This document shows, in pieces, positions 48,601 to 57,992 of a stretch of 64,000 nucleotides of DNA. A program made the position numbers and the translations under genes. The stretch is from a candidate division FCPU426 bacterium (lineage in GTDB: Bacteria; Oederibacteriota; JAAXVQ01; JAUVAV01). Numbering within the stretch: position 1 is the stretch's first letter; every line of letters begins with the position of its first letter. Where the stretch lies: NCBI GenBank assembly GCA_040756875.1, contig JBFLYH010000001.1:896001-960000 (forward strand), given 5' to 3'. A model generated the notes under the pieces. It was not told the origin of the DNA, searched no databases, and worked only from the letters and a program-made list of their open reading frames with translations.

Positions 48601-49386
48601 CTACATGAATGTCCGGCCGTAGAAATAGAGCGCCCCGAGGCCCAGCCATATCCCGTAGGAATTGATCGCGTACAGGACCGCAGGTCTTCCCTGCAATTTC
48701 AGATAACGGAAAACGGTTTTGCCCGCTTCCAAATTCATGTCCAAAAATTTGTCGCACCGTTCGGCGCGAATGCCGGAATAGGCGTTGACCATGAAATACC
48801 CGCCGAAAACCATGTACACCACCACCCCCGCCAGGGGCGCGTTACGGAAATGCCATATGAAGGTGTCCATGATAACCACGTTGACGGCCAAAAGGATGAA
48901 GGCCGCGCTTCCGACCAGCCCCAGGTGCATGAATCCCCGCCGGCGGTCGTATCGTTCGGCTGCCGGAGTCTTGAACCATTCGATCCCATAGACCACGGCC
49001 ACGGTTTTCCAAATGCTCGCGCACATTGTCGTCACCTGCTTCCATGCCGCGAGGTTCAGCGGAGCGTGAAACCGCAGGGCCAGTTCAGCGGCGACAAAGG
49101 CCAACACCCATATCAGCGGTTCGGTGGGCCCCAGCCAGCGCCGGCACCCCCACCAGTAAGCCGCATAGCCCGCGGCGTTTATCGCCAGAATTACGATCAG
49201 CAAAAAGCCCGGCGGCGCAGGCAGGCGGCGCAATAGAAACGACAACAGCAGCATCAAGCCCACGGTTGTCAGGCTCAGCAGGATATGCCGGATAATGAGT
49301 TGCTCACGGGATTCAGTCATGGCTGGCAGGCTCCCCTCCCATTTGATCATCGGCCATTCCGACTTATCGGCCGCTTCCTTGGTCAT
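48601..49386 (-). CDS. Hypothetical membrane protein
   Basis: Multiple TM segments; co-oriented with neighbours. Confidence 0.6.
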   Translation of the reverse strand: MTKEAADKSEWPMIKWEGSLPAMTESREQLIIRHILLSLTTVGLMLLLSFLLRRLPAPPGFLLIVILAINAAGYAAYWWGCRRWLGPTEPLIWVLAFVAAELALRFHAPLNLAAWKQVTTMCASIWKTVAVVYGIEWFKTPAAERYDRRRGFMHLGLVGSAAFILLAVNVVIMDTFIWHFRNAPLAGVVVYMVFGGYFMVNAYSGIRAERCDKFLDMNLEAGKTVFRYLKLQGRPAVLYAINSYGIWLGLGALYFYGRTFM

Positions 49387-49449
49387 CGGCTTTTCCGGCC
49401 AGTCATTTTAGCAGGAAAAGCAGCAGCCGCAAAGCCATAGGGCCGCGCG

Positions 49450-50727
49450 TCAGTGCGGAACGAAACTGGCGAGCAAAAAAAGATTCAACAGCGTCACCAA
49501 ACCGCCCAAGGCATAGAGCATAAGCATGGTGCCCCGCGTGTTGGCGTATTTGCCCATGACCCGGGCCGAGGAGGTCAGCCGGATTTGCGCGAAAATAGTA
49601 AACGGCAGTTGCATGCTCAGGATCATTTGGGAAAAGATCAGCCCGGCGAAAGGGTTTGTGATGACGAAGATGATCAGCAGGGCCAGCAGGAACGACAGCA
49701 GTACCCCCCGGCGGGTGTGCCGGTCCTGGATGTCATAACTTTCGCCGGACATGCCGGCCATAATGGTGCCCGCCGCCATGCCTGATGTGATGGTTGAGGA
49801 CAAACCGGAAAACAGCAGGGCCAGGGCAAACACCAAACCCGCTCCGCTGCCCAGCAGAGGTTCGAGCAGGGATTTAGCCTGCTCCAACTCGGCCACAGGC
49901 TGGCGGCGGGCGAAAAAAGTCGCGGCCGCGAGCAAAATCATCGCGCTGTTGATGGCCCAGCCTACGATCATGGAAAAAAGCGTTTCCAGAAACTCAAAAC
50001 GCAGTTGCTTGCGAATCACGGCTTCGTCCTGAAGGTTCCATTGCCGGCTCTGGATGATTTCGGAATGCAAGAAGAGGTTGTGGGGCATAACCACTGCACC
50101 CAGCACGCTCATCACCACCACCATACTGCCGGCCGGGAGTTCCGGCTTTACCCAGGCCACCAGAGCGGCCGGCCAATCCACCTGCACCAGAAACAGTTCA
50201 TACAGGAAAGAGAATCCAACGACCGCGAGAAAGGCGATGATCCAGCGTTCCAGGCGCCGATAGGAATTGGTGTATAACATGAGGACTGAAACCAGCACCA
50301 CCAGCACCGCGCCGATCTTCAGCGGCAAATGGAAAAGCATGCGCAGGGCGATGGCGCCGCCCAGGATTTCCGCCAGGCTGGTGGAGACCGAAGCAGCCAT
50401 GGCCGTGAGCAGCAGGAGCCGGCTGGAACGGGCCGGAAAGTGCTCGTGCACCGCCTCGGCCAGACAAAGGCCTGTCGCAATGCCGAGGTGGGCGACATTG
50501 TGCTGCAGTACGATCAGCATGACCGTGGCCAGCGTCACCATCCACAGCAAGGCATAGCCATAGGTTGAGCCGGCGGCGAAGTTGGAAGCCCAATTGCCGG
50601 GGTCGGTGAAGCCGATGGTGACCAGCAGGCCGGGTCCGACATACTTCAGGAATTCAAAAGCCAGGCCGGAAGGCCGTTCCGTTCCCCGTCGAAAGTACGT
50701 GGTCAGGTTCCCGAATAATCTAGGCAT
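49450..50727 (-). CDS. NRAMP family divalent metal transporter (MntH-like)
   Basis: GPGLLVTIGFTDPGNW, GAVVMPHNLFLHS, SQMILS.QLPF. Confidence 0.92.
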   Translation of the reverse strand: MPRLFGNLTTYFRRGTERPSGLAFEFLKYVGPGLLVTIGFTDPGNWASNFAAGSTYGYALLWMVTLATVMLIVLQHNVAHLGIATGLCLAEAVHEHFPARSSRLLLLTAMAASVSTSLAEILGGAIALRMLFHLPLKIGAVLVVLVSVLMLYTNSYRRLERWIIAFLAVVGFSFLYELFLVQVDWPAALVAWVKPELPAGSMVVVMSVLGAVVMPHNLFLHSEIIQSRQWNLQDEAVIRKQLRFEFLETLFSMIVGWAINSAMILLAAATFFARRQPVAELEQAKSLLEPLLGSGAGLVFALALLFSGLSSTITSGMAAGTIMAGMSGESYDIQDRHTRRGVLLSFLLALLIIFVITNPFAGLIFSQMILSMQLPFTIFAQIRLTSSARVMGKYANTRGTMLMLYALGGLVTLLNLFLLASFVPH

Positions 50728-50757
50728 TAACCCCGTTAACTCTCCTTCCCGGGCTGG

Positions 50758-51993
50758 TCAGGTCCACCGTGCGGAAACCAGCGCAGCCGTGGACCAGGCG
50801 GCCTGAAGATCATACCCTCCGCTGTCGCCGTCGATATCCAGTACTTCGCCCGCGAAATACAGGCCCGGCACCAGCCGCGATTCCATGGTTTTCGGGTTGA
50901 CCTCATCCAAACACACGCCGCCGCAGGTCACCATGGCCACGTCGAACCCGCCCAGGCCGGCGATGGTCAGCGGGAATTCCAGAAGCAGCCGCAGCAGGGT
51001 TTGGCGCTTCGCACGGTGCAATTGCCCCACCGCCTCTTCGGGGCGTATCCCGGCCAGGTTCAGCAATTTCCGGTTCAGGGCCTGAGTCAGGCGGAACGGT
51101 TTCAGCCAGGCGCCGGCTTTGACCTGGCCGGCGCGTTCCATTCCGGCCCACGCTTCCTGTTTGAACGCCTCAGGCTGACGGGCCGAGACCAGGGCCAGGG
51201 TCACCCGGTCTCCGGCAACGGCATAACGCGACAAATTGTGCACCACCGGCCCGGAGATCCCGTGATGGGTCACCACCAGGTCCCCGGCCAGGGTTTTTAT
51301 TTTCCGATCACGGCGCCATAAGCTGACTTCCATGCGTTTGAAGGAAGTGCCGGCCAGATCGGCCAGGGAAAAGTCGCGGATGAAAAAAGGCGTCAACCCC
51401 GGCCGCGGCGGCACGATGGCATGCCCCAGGGAACGGGCCAGGGCATAGCCGTCTCCGGTGGAACCGGTGGCCGGGTAGGACTTCCCTCCCGTGGCGATGA
51501 CCACGCTTCCGGCCGCATAACTCTCTCCGTTGGAAGCAACCCGGAACCCCGTTCCTTCACTCCGGCGGATTTGGCTCACCCCCTGCCGCAATTTGATCTC
51601 AACCCCTTCGTCGCGGCAGGCGCCCAGGAGCGCGTCCAGAATATCGCGGGCTTTGCGGGATTCGGGAAAAATTTTGCCGGTTTCTTTCACGGTTGCGGAT
51701 TCCACTCCGTGGCGCCGGAAAAAAGCCACGGCATCCCGGTTGGTGAAATGAAACAAAGCGGGCTTCAACCAGCGGCCGTGATCACCGTAGGCATCAATGA
51801 AATCCAGGATGGGACCGTCATGGGTGAAATTGCATTGGCCTGAACCGGTCAGAAGGAGCTTGCGCCCGGCCTGGGGTTGCTTCTCAAGCGCCAATACCGA
51901 GCGGCCTTTTTTGGCGGCTTGCAGCGCCGCAAACAAGCCGGCCGGCCCGGCACCAGCCACAATCACGTCCCACTCCGGCTGCGTCGCTTTCAC
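50758..51993 (-). CDS. HI0933/YhiN family flavoprotein
   Basis: GAGPAG, GRKLLLTGSGQCN, ATGGKSYP.TGSTGDG, GLYFAGEVLDIDG. Confidence 0.93.
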   Translation of the reverse strand: MKATQPEWDVIVAGAGPAGLFAALQAAKKGRSVLALEKQPQAGRKLLLTGSGQCNFTHDGPILDFIDAYGDHGRWLKPALFHFTNRDAVAFFRRHGVESATVKETGKIFPESRKARDILDALLGACRDEGVEIKLRQGVSQIRRSEGTGFRVASNGESYAAGSVVIATGGKSYPATGSTGDGYALARSLGHAIVPPRPGLTPFFIRDFSLADLAGTSFKRMEVSLWRRDRKIKTLAGDLVVTHHGISGPVVHNLSRYAVAGDRVTLALVSARQPEAFKQEAWAGMERAGQVKAGAWLKPFRLTQALNRKLLNLAGIRPEEAVGQLHRAKRQTLLRLLLEFPLTIAGLGGFDVAMVTCGGVCLDEVNPKTMESRLVPGLYFAGEVLDIDGDSGGYDLQAAWSTAALVSARWT

Positions 51994-52002
51994 CGGCCGG
52001 GG

Positions 52003-52347
52003 TCAGCTTCCCAGCCAGGCCACTGCGTCCGCCTCGGATGTGGCGAAACGCAATTGCCGGCCTTGGTTGCACTCATACATGAATTCCCTGAAGCGGGAGC
52101 TGGCGACCGCCTTAAAGTCGCCCAGAATGGCGGCTTGGATGGAATAGTTCGAAAATTTCTGGAGTATTTCGCCGGCCAATTTAGTCTTCAAATCATAAAA
52201 CTCCGGCGCAAAGTTGGTCTCATGGAATAAAAATCGGCTAATGTCATACTCATAGACCTGCCCCAGCAGATCCAGGGCATCTTGGGGGGTGCGCATGACG
52301 GTATCCTGAGTGGTGCACCGCAGATAGGGTTTTTTCTCCGATGTCAT
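52003..52347 (-). CDS. DUF4180 family protein
   Basis: FYDLKTKLAGEILQKFSNY, AILGDF, EFMYECNQG. Confidence 0.88.
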   Translation of the reverse strand: MTSEKKPYLRCTTQDTVMRTPQDALDLLGQVYEYDISRFLFHETNFAPEFYDLKTKLAGEILQKFSNYSIQAAILGDFKAVASSRFREFMYECNQGRQLRFATSEADAVAWLGS

Positions 52348-52385
52348 CAGGGCAAACAAGGCAGGTTCTCCTCAACGTTCCCGGT

Positions 52386-52931
52386 CTAGTCCCAACTGAC
52401 GAGGCATTTCAAGGCCTCGCGGTCCTGGGCGTCGATCTCGGTGCGCACATTTTTCAAACCGATCATCTCGAACAACCTTTGCAGGTAACCGCTTAAAAGT
52501 TCCAGGTAGGGTTGGGCCATATCCGGATACTGCGTTACGGTCAATACGGCTTGCTTGGTGCCTGGCACCATCCTGCCTGAACCCAGGCCTTTGCGGTTGA
52601 AAGTCCCCCAGAATTTTTCCATGCTTGCAACCACGTATTCAACGCTGACAATGCGGATCAGGATTTTATAAATTCCCCCAAAATCCTCGCCGGCCAGTTC
52701 GTAGCCGAAATGGCCGAAATCGGCCCGATGACTGGGGTACAGAATCGGCAGGGCCTTGCGGACAATGGCGAAATTCATGTCGCTGTCGACCCAGCTGACA
52801 GGGAGTGCGTGCTGATAGACTTCCGCCTCCTCAGCCGTCAGCACATCCAGAAATTCGCGTTCCCTGGCTCCCCCGGCTTTAATAAACAATTTCTTCAAGA
52901 AGGTTATGTCCGTCGCTTTGTAATCCAGCAT
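52386..52931 (-). CDS. Hypothetical protein, paralog of 5971-6540
   Basis: YKATD, LPVSWV, GGIYKILI, FWGTF..G, C-terminal W. Confidence 0.55.
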   Translation of the reverse strand: MLDYKATDITFLKKLFIKAGGAREREFLDVLTAEEAEVYQHALPVSWVDSDMNFAIVRKALPILYPSHRADFGHFGYELAGEDFGGIYKILIRIVSVEYVVASMEKFWGTFNRKGLGSGRMVPGTKQAVLTVTQYPDMAQPYLELLSGYLQRLFEMIGLKNVRTEIDAQDREALKCLVSWD

Positions 52932-53042
52932 GCTTCCTCTTCGAGGTTTTCGAATCTGCGGTTTCCGAAAAGTCCGAAACGTTTTTTCTTCGGGCAGATG
53001 CTCGCGCCCCGATCAGCGCCAGGCGCCGGAGAATGCCGGCGT

Positions 53043-53219
53043 CTACTTTTTTCCCATGACCCGTCCGCAGCAGATCATACTGCTTTCGGCAGCCCCCCAG
53101 TCGTTAATGGTTACGATTCGGCCGCATTCGTAGCAGATCAGCCTGGGCTTGCGGCTGGAGGCTTTTTTGGCAGCCTTCTTCACCGGGTGTTTTTTAGCAG
53201 CTTTTTTTCTCGTCGCCAT
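53043..53219 (-). CDS. 58-aa protein: Lys/Ala-rich tail plus desulforedoxin-like CxxC...CC domain
   Basis: GGAGGG RBS; MATRKKAAKKHPVKKAAKK...CYECGRIV...MICCGRVM. Confidence 0.7.
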   Translation of the reverse strand: MATRKKAAKKHPVKKAAKKASSRKPRLICYECGRIVTINDWGAAESSMICCGRVMGKK

Positions 53220-53399
53220 TTTCCCTCCGTGCCTGTCAAGGCGGCTAGGTTGGTAGGCGAATTTTAAACCCAAGTCGCCTGCTTGAAAAGCAAATTCAAC
53301 CGCGTTTGTAATGCGGGCAAACTGAAAATACAAACCTTTAGCCTGGGCTGGTATAATAGCGGCGGTTCCGGATCGTAAATCCGCCCAGGACGTACGAAC

Positions 53400-54689
53400 A
53401 TGCGCGCGCTTTCATGCAGTCTCATCGGCAGTTGGGTGCTGTTAACGGTAGTCTGCCCGCCGGCTGCCGCGGTATGGCAGGTGGAAACCGTGGACAGTGC
53501 AGGCAAGGTGGGTTGGTATTCCTCCCTGGCTTGCGACAGCCAGGACCAGCTGCACGTCAGTTATTTCGACGAATCCAACGGCGCCTTGAAATACGCCCGC
53601 TGGAACGGTTCGGACTGGGCCGTGCAGACCGTGGACGCGGATGATTGCGGCCGATACACCTCCCTGGCCCTCGACGCGCAGGACCGGCCGCACATCACGT
53701 ATGCCGGTTCAGGGCTGCGCTATGCCCGCTGGACCGGTAAAAAGTGGGAAATCACCCAGGTAACGCGCGACTACGTGCAATTCTCCACTTCCCTGGCCCT
53801 GGGGCCCGACGGCACCTGCCAGATCGCCTACAATGCCGGCCAGCGTCTGGCTTATGCCCGCCAGGACGGCCGAGCCTGGCAAATTCAGATGCTGGATGTG
53901 CGCGGCGGACCCATGGATTGCGACCTGGCCCTGGACCGCAGGGGTTGGGCGCGCATTGTAACCGTGATCAACCGCTCAGACGACCTCAAACTGCTGGCTT
54001 GGAACGGAAAGGCCTGGCTCCCGAACGATCCACCGGCCACGCCGGCTAATGACGGTTACTGGCCTTCCCTGGCCGTGGATGCCGCAGGCGGCCTGCACGT
54101 CAGTTCCTGGGAGTCGAACCACGGCCGACATTCCTCGGGCAACCTGCAGTACCGTTATTTCGACGGCAAACGATGGTTCCTGGAACTGCCGGACACTGAA
54201 GGCGACACGGGCTGGTACAGCTCGCTGGCGTTGGATAGCGAAGGCAATGTACACGTGGGATACCACAACCATACTGACTGGGACCTGAAATACGCCGTCA
54301 AACGCAACGGCACCTGGCACAACCAGGTCGTGGACGCGTCCGGGCAGGTGGGTTATTCGGCTTCCCTGGCCTTGGATACCCGCGGCCGGCCGCGTATCAG
54401 CTATTATGACGTCGGCCAGCACGACCTGAAAGTGGCGCGCTGGCGCGAAGGCACCAACACGGTCTCCGGAGCGGTGGTAAACAGCGGGCCCGTGGTGGTG
54501 TTTTTGCGCAGCCAAACGCTCCTGGCCAGCACCCGCACGGACCGCCAGGGCCGTTTCCGTTTCGACCAGGTGCCGACCGGCGAATACGCGGTTGCTCCGG
54601 CCGGACGAGGCCGGGCGTTCCAGCCGCAACAAGCCTTCATCCTTCTCGACCACGACACCCGCAAGGAAATAAGCTTCACCGGACGTTAA
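53400..54689 (+). CDS. Secreted beta-propeller protein with C-terminal carboxypeptidase-regulatory-like domain
   Basis: Repeats of VD..G.VG.YSSLA.D...HISY...LKYA; TDRQGRFRF..VP.G.Y. Confidence 0.8.
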   Translation: MRALSCSLIGSWVLLTVVCPPAAAVWQVETVDSAGKVGWYSSLACDSQDQLHVSYFDESNGALKYARWNGSDWAVQTVDADDCGRYTSLALDAQDRPHITYAGSGLRYARWTGKKWEITQVTRDYVQFSTSLALGPDGTCQIAYNAGQRLAYARQDGRAWQIQMLDVRGGPMDCDLALDRRGWARIVTVINRSDDLKLLAWNGKAWLPNDPPATPANDGYWPSLAVDAAGGLHVSSWESNHGRHSSGNLQYRYFDGKRWFLELPDTEGDTGWYSSLALDSEGNVHVGYHNHTDWDLKYAVKRNGTWHNQVVDASGQVGYSASLALDTRGRPRISYYDVGQHDLKVARWREGTNTVSGAVVNSGPVVVFLRSQTLLASTRTDRQGRFRFDQVPTGEYAVAPAGRGRAFQPQQAFILLDHDTRKEISFTGR

Positions 54690-54802
54690 GCCGCTTCTTT
54701 CCGCCCTTTTATTCCTCTTCATTTTCCGCCCCATTCTGCCGATGCTTTAACATAGCTCCACTTCGGAAGACACGCGCCTTGACCTCATGGGAGGAAACGA
54801 AC

Positions 54803-55990
54803 ATGCGCCTTGCGACTGCTTCAAAATTTGGGGGAGCCCTGCTGCTGATTCTGATCACAGCCAGCCAAAGCCAGGCTGCTGGCTACCAGCACATCCGGCA
54901 GAAGATGAATTACCAAGGCATGCTGACCAATACCAGCGGAACCCCGTATACCGGGACACGCAGCCTGACCTTCCGCCTCTACGACCAATCGTCCGGCGGC
55001 AGCGCCTTGTGGACCGAAACCCAGAGCACGGTGGCTGTTGCCAACGGCATCTTCAATGTCGTCCTGGGCAGCGTCAATTCAATCAACGTCCCTTTCCGCA
55101 AGGAATACTGGCTGGAAATCCAGGTGGAAGCCGAGACCATGACCCCGCGCCACCTCCTTTCCAACGCCTCGTACGCCATGGCCAGCCGCAAGGTCGTGTA
55201 CCAGCAGGTGATCACCGTGGCCCATGACGGCGGAGACACCTGCACGGTCTACAGCGCCCTGCAAATGATCGCAGCGGAAAGCCCGACCCCGGCCGCGAGC
55301 GACCAATGGGTGATCGAGGTGCAGGCCGGAACCTTCACCGAAAGCAACGACCTCACACTGCCGGACGGCGTCAGCCTGCGCGGCCAGGGATGGAACACCA
55401 CCACGCTCAATCTGGCCGGCCTGGCCCTGACCATCGGCAGTAGTTGCGGTGTGGAATCCCTGACTTTGAACATGAGCGGCAGCGCGGGCAAGATTAGCAT
55501 GGCGAGCACGGTCAACAGCCATATCCGGGAATGCAACATCATCACCAACCAAGCCACGCCGTATGTGTTGAACATGCAGGGCACGGTCAATTGCGATTTC
55601 AGCGACAACCAGGTGCTGGCCCAGACCAGCGGTCTGTATATCCTGTACATCCAGACCGCCCAGGATGCGCGGGTGACCAACAACTTCATCGACCTGACCC
55701 AAATCACGGGTGGCACGGGGATTTTCGCCAATAACATCACGCGGACCATGGTCTTGAACAACATTATCCGCTTTGAAGGCACCACGGACAGTTCCTGGGG
55801 CATCCAGATCAACAACAACACGTCGAATAGCCGCGTCAGTTACAACGTTTTTCATGGCGAAGCGACCACTCCGAACGCGCGGGACATTTACAATACGACC
55901 ACTGCCGCTTATCCGGTCCGGCCCACGCACACCGGGCCTTACGGCATTTGCAACCATGGCAGCGACGGGTCGGAACTTCCGGCTTTCTAA
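54803..55990 (+). CDS. Secreted fibre/tailspike-like protein with beta-helix body
   Basis: Signal peptide; N-domain YQGMLT..G.P..G...FRLYD...GG..LW.ETQ...NG.FNVVLG...WLEI.V...PR..L....YA; Asn-rich beta-helix rungs. Confidence 0.7.
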   Translation: MRLATASKFGGALLLILITASQSQAAGYQHIRQKMNYQGMLTNTSGTPYTGTRSLTFRLYDQSSGGSALWTETQSTVAVANGIFNVVLGSVNSINVPFRKEYWLEIQVEAETMTPRHLLSNASYAMASRKVVYQQVITVAHDGGDTCTVYSALQMIAAESPTPAASDQWVIEVQAGTFTESNDLTLPDGVSLRGQGWNTTTLNLAGLALTIGSSCGVESLTLNMSGSAGKISMASTVNSHIRECNIITNQATPYVLNMQGTVNCDFSDNQVLAQTSGLYILYIQTAQDARVTNNFIDLTQITGGTGIFANNITRTMVLNNIIRFEGTTDSSWGIQINNNTSNSRVSYNVFHGEATTPNARDIYNTTTAAYPVRPTHTGPYGICNHGSDGSELPAF

Positions 55991-56002
55991 AAGGACATCT
56001 CC

Positions 56003-57310
56003 ATGCCAAACCGGTTGTGGCGGATAGGATTGGTTTTCATCGCTGCGCTTTGCCTGGGTTCCCGGCCATCGGTTTGGGCGCACAGCAACTTCACCTCAGC
56101 CAGCTACATTGGAGCGGATGATGTCCAGGCGTCGGGCGGCAATACAGTCGCTTCAACCTCCTACCAGGCATTAAACACGATCGCCCAGACCGGCATCGAA
56201 ACTTTATCTTCGACCAGCTACGTCCTTTTCGCCGGATTTGTCCACCCGCTGGCCGCGACGCCCACGCCGACGCCCACATGCAGCAGCACGATAACTCCGA
56301 CAGTCACGCCGACACCCACGCGTACCGTTACGCCGACAGTCACCCCTACCTCAACCGCCACTCCGACAGCGAGCAGCACTTCCACGGGCACGATCACGGT
56401 CACTGCCAGTCTCACAGCCACGGTTACCGTCACTTCTACCGGAACGCCAACCGCCACTTTCACTGGAACTCCGACCGTCACTTCCACTGGCACAGCCACC
56501 GCCTCCGCCACTTCCACCTGCACGATCAGCACCACCATCACTCCGGGCAGCAGCCCCACTTTTACACCCACGCCTTCGGGCACTGCGAGCCGCACGCATA
56601 CGCCGACCGCCACGTCCACGGGAACCGCCACCTCAACGGTCACGGCCAGCGCCACCCATACGCCCGGCGACAGCCCGACAGCCACCGCCACGGGCTCACT
56701 CACGGCAACCCGCACTTGCACGCCGACCGTCACGGTCACCCGCACGGCCACAATCACCCCTACGGCCATCGCCACGTTTACTGCCAGTCTGACTGCCAGC
56801 GCCAGTGCGACCGCCACTCCTTTCCCCACTTCCACTGCGACGCCCACACCCAGCCCGACTTCAAACCCGGCCGGCACCGCTTCCCCGACCGCTTCCTATT
56901 CCGCTACCGCCATCCCCGCCGCAACGTTCACGTCCACAGCCGCGCCGGTTGTTCCGGCGGCGACGTCAACCCCGACTGCCACCGCCACGCTTGCTGCGCC
57001 GGCGGTTCCGGCCGAAAACGTCCCAGCCCGATTCTTCCCCAACCCGGCCTCCAAACGCTCGGGAGGAGCTTTCCGGTGCGTACTCAACGAGCGGACAGTG
57101 CCGGGCTCGAATCCATCAGAACCTTACCGGGTGCTGATCGAATGGTTTAACGCGGCGGGCGAACGCGTGGTTGCAGTCTCAGCGGTTTATCCCGCGGGGA
57201 CCCAGGTCATCCGTCTGGAAACAGCGGGGCTGAGCAGCGGAATTTACCTCTACCGGATAACAGCCAACAACCAGAAACTGGCTTCGGGCAAGGTGGCGCT
57301 GCTGGAATAA
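56003..57310 (+). CDS. Secreted Thr/Pro-rich protein with T9SS-like C-terminal domain
   Basis: Signal peptide, small SGG..STSY...AGF domain, about 250 aa of TPT repeats, FPNP...FNAAGE.V...SSGIYLYRI...GKV. Confidence 0.8.
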   Translation: MPNRLWRIGLVFIAALCLGSRPSVWAHSNFTSASYIGADDVQASGGNTVASTSYQALNTIAQTGIETLSSTSYVLFAGFVHPLAATPTPTPTCSSTITPTVTPTPTRTVTPTVTPTSTATPTASSTSTGTITVTASLTATVTVTSTGTPTATFTGTPTVTSTGTATASATSTCTISTTITPGSSPTFTPTPSGTASRTHTPTATSTGTATSTVTASATHTPGDSPTATATGSLTATRTCTPTVTVTRTATITPTAIATFTASLTASASATATPFPTSTATPTPSPTSNPAGTASPTASYSATAIPAATFTSTAAPVVPAATSTPTATATLAAPAVPAENVPARFFPNPASKRSGGAFRCVLNERTVPGSNPSEPYRVLIEWFNAAGERVVAVSAVYPAGTQVIRLETAGLSSGIYLYRITANNQKLASGKVALLE

Positions 57311-57460
57311 TACGGCCGAGGCTGGTGTTATTGAAAATCCCGAACCCCTTCCGTGCCATTTTCGCCGCGTCCTCTTCACACAGCAGGCCTAACAACGATC
57401 TTACTGTTCATTTCAAGCCATGATAAAATTCGTTTCATTCAAAAAGCTCAAGCGGATACC

Positions 57461-57868
57461 ATGGATGAACGCATAACCTATTGCGGCGGGCGCTGCGATT
57501 TGTGCCTCCGCTATATCGCCACCCAAAGCAAAGATCCCGCGCAACTGGCTGCCGTGGCCGAGTTATGGCACCGGCTGGGATGGCGGGACCGTATCCTCTC
57601 GGCCGATGAGATTTCCTGCCAGGGCTGCACGCCGTCTTCCTGGTGCCGCTATGGCATTGCCGCCTGCGCAGCCGGGCGGAACGTGGCCAACTGCGGCGAA
57701 TGCGCCGATTACCCGGATTGCACCCGGCTGCAGGACATGTTCCAACGCAATGCCGTGTACCATGAAATTTGCAAGCAGCGTTGCACACCCGAGGAATACG
57801 CCCGCCTGCGGGAATCCAGTTTCAGCAAACGTCGGTATTTGGATAAAGCGCAGAAGAATAAACCGTAA
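57461..57868 (+). CDS. DUF3795 family Cys-rich protein
   Basis: YCG..C..C..Y.AT, C.GC, C.I..CA, NCGEC.DYP.C. Confidence 0.85.
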   Translation: MDERITYCGGRCDLCLRYIATQSKDPAQLAAVAELWHRLGWRDRILSADEISCQGCTPSSWCRYGIAACAAGRNVANCGECADYPDCTRLQDMFQRNAVYHEICKQRCTPEEYARLRESSFSKRRYLDKAQKNKP

Positions 57869-57992
57869 ATGTTTATACAATGCGTTTCTTAAACGGGAGT
57901 TAAAAAACGCCGACTCGAGACTGGCAATTGTATATATCAGATTCAAACGGGCGGGCGTAAAACCAGCGAACAAATCCCACTCTTGACTAGTC

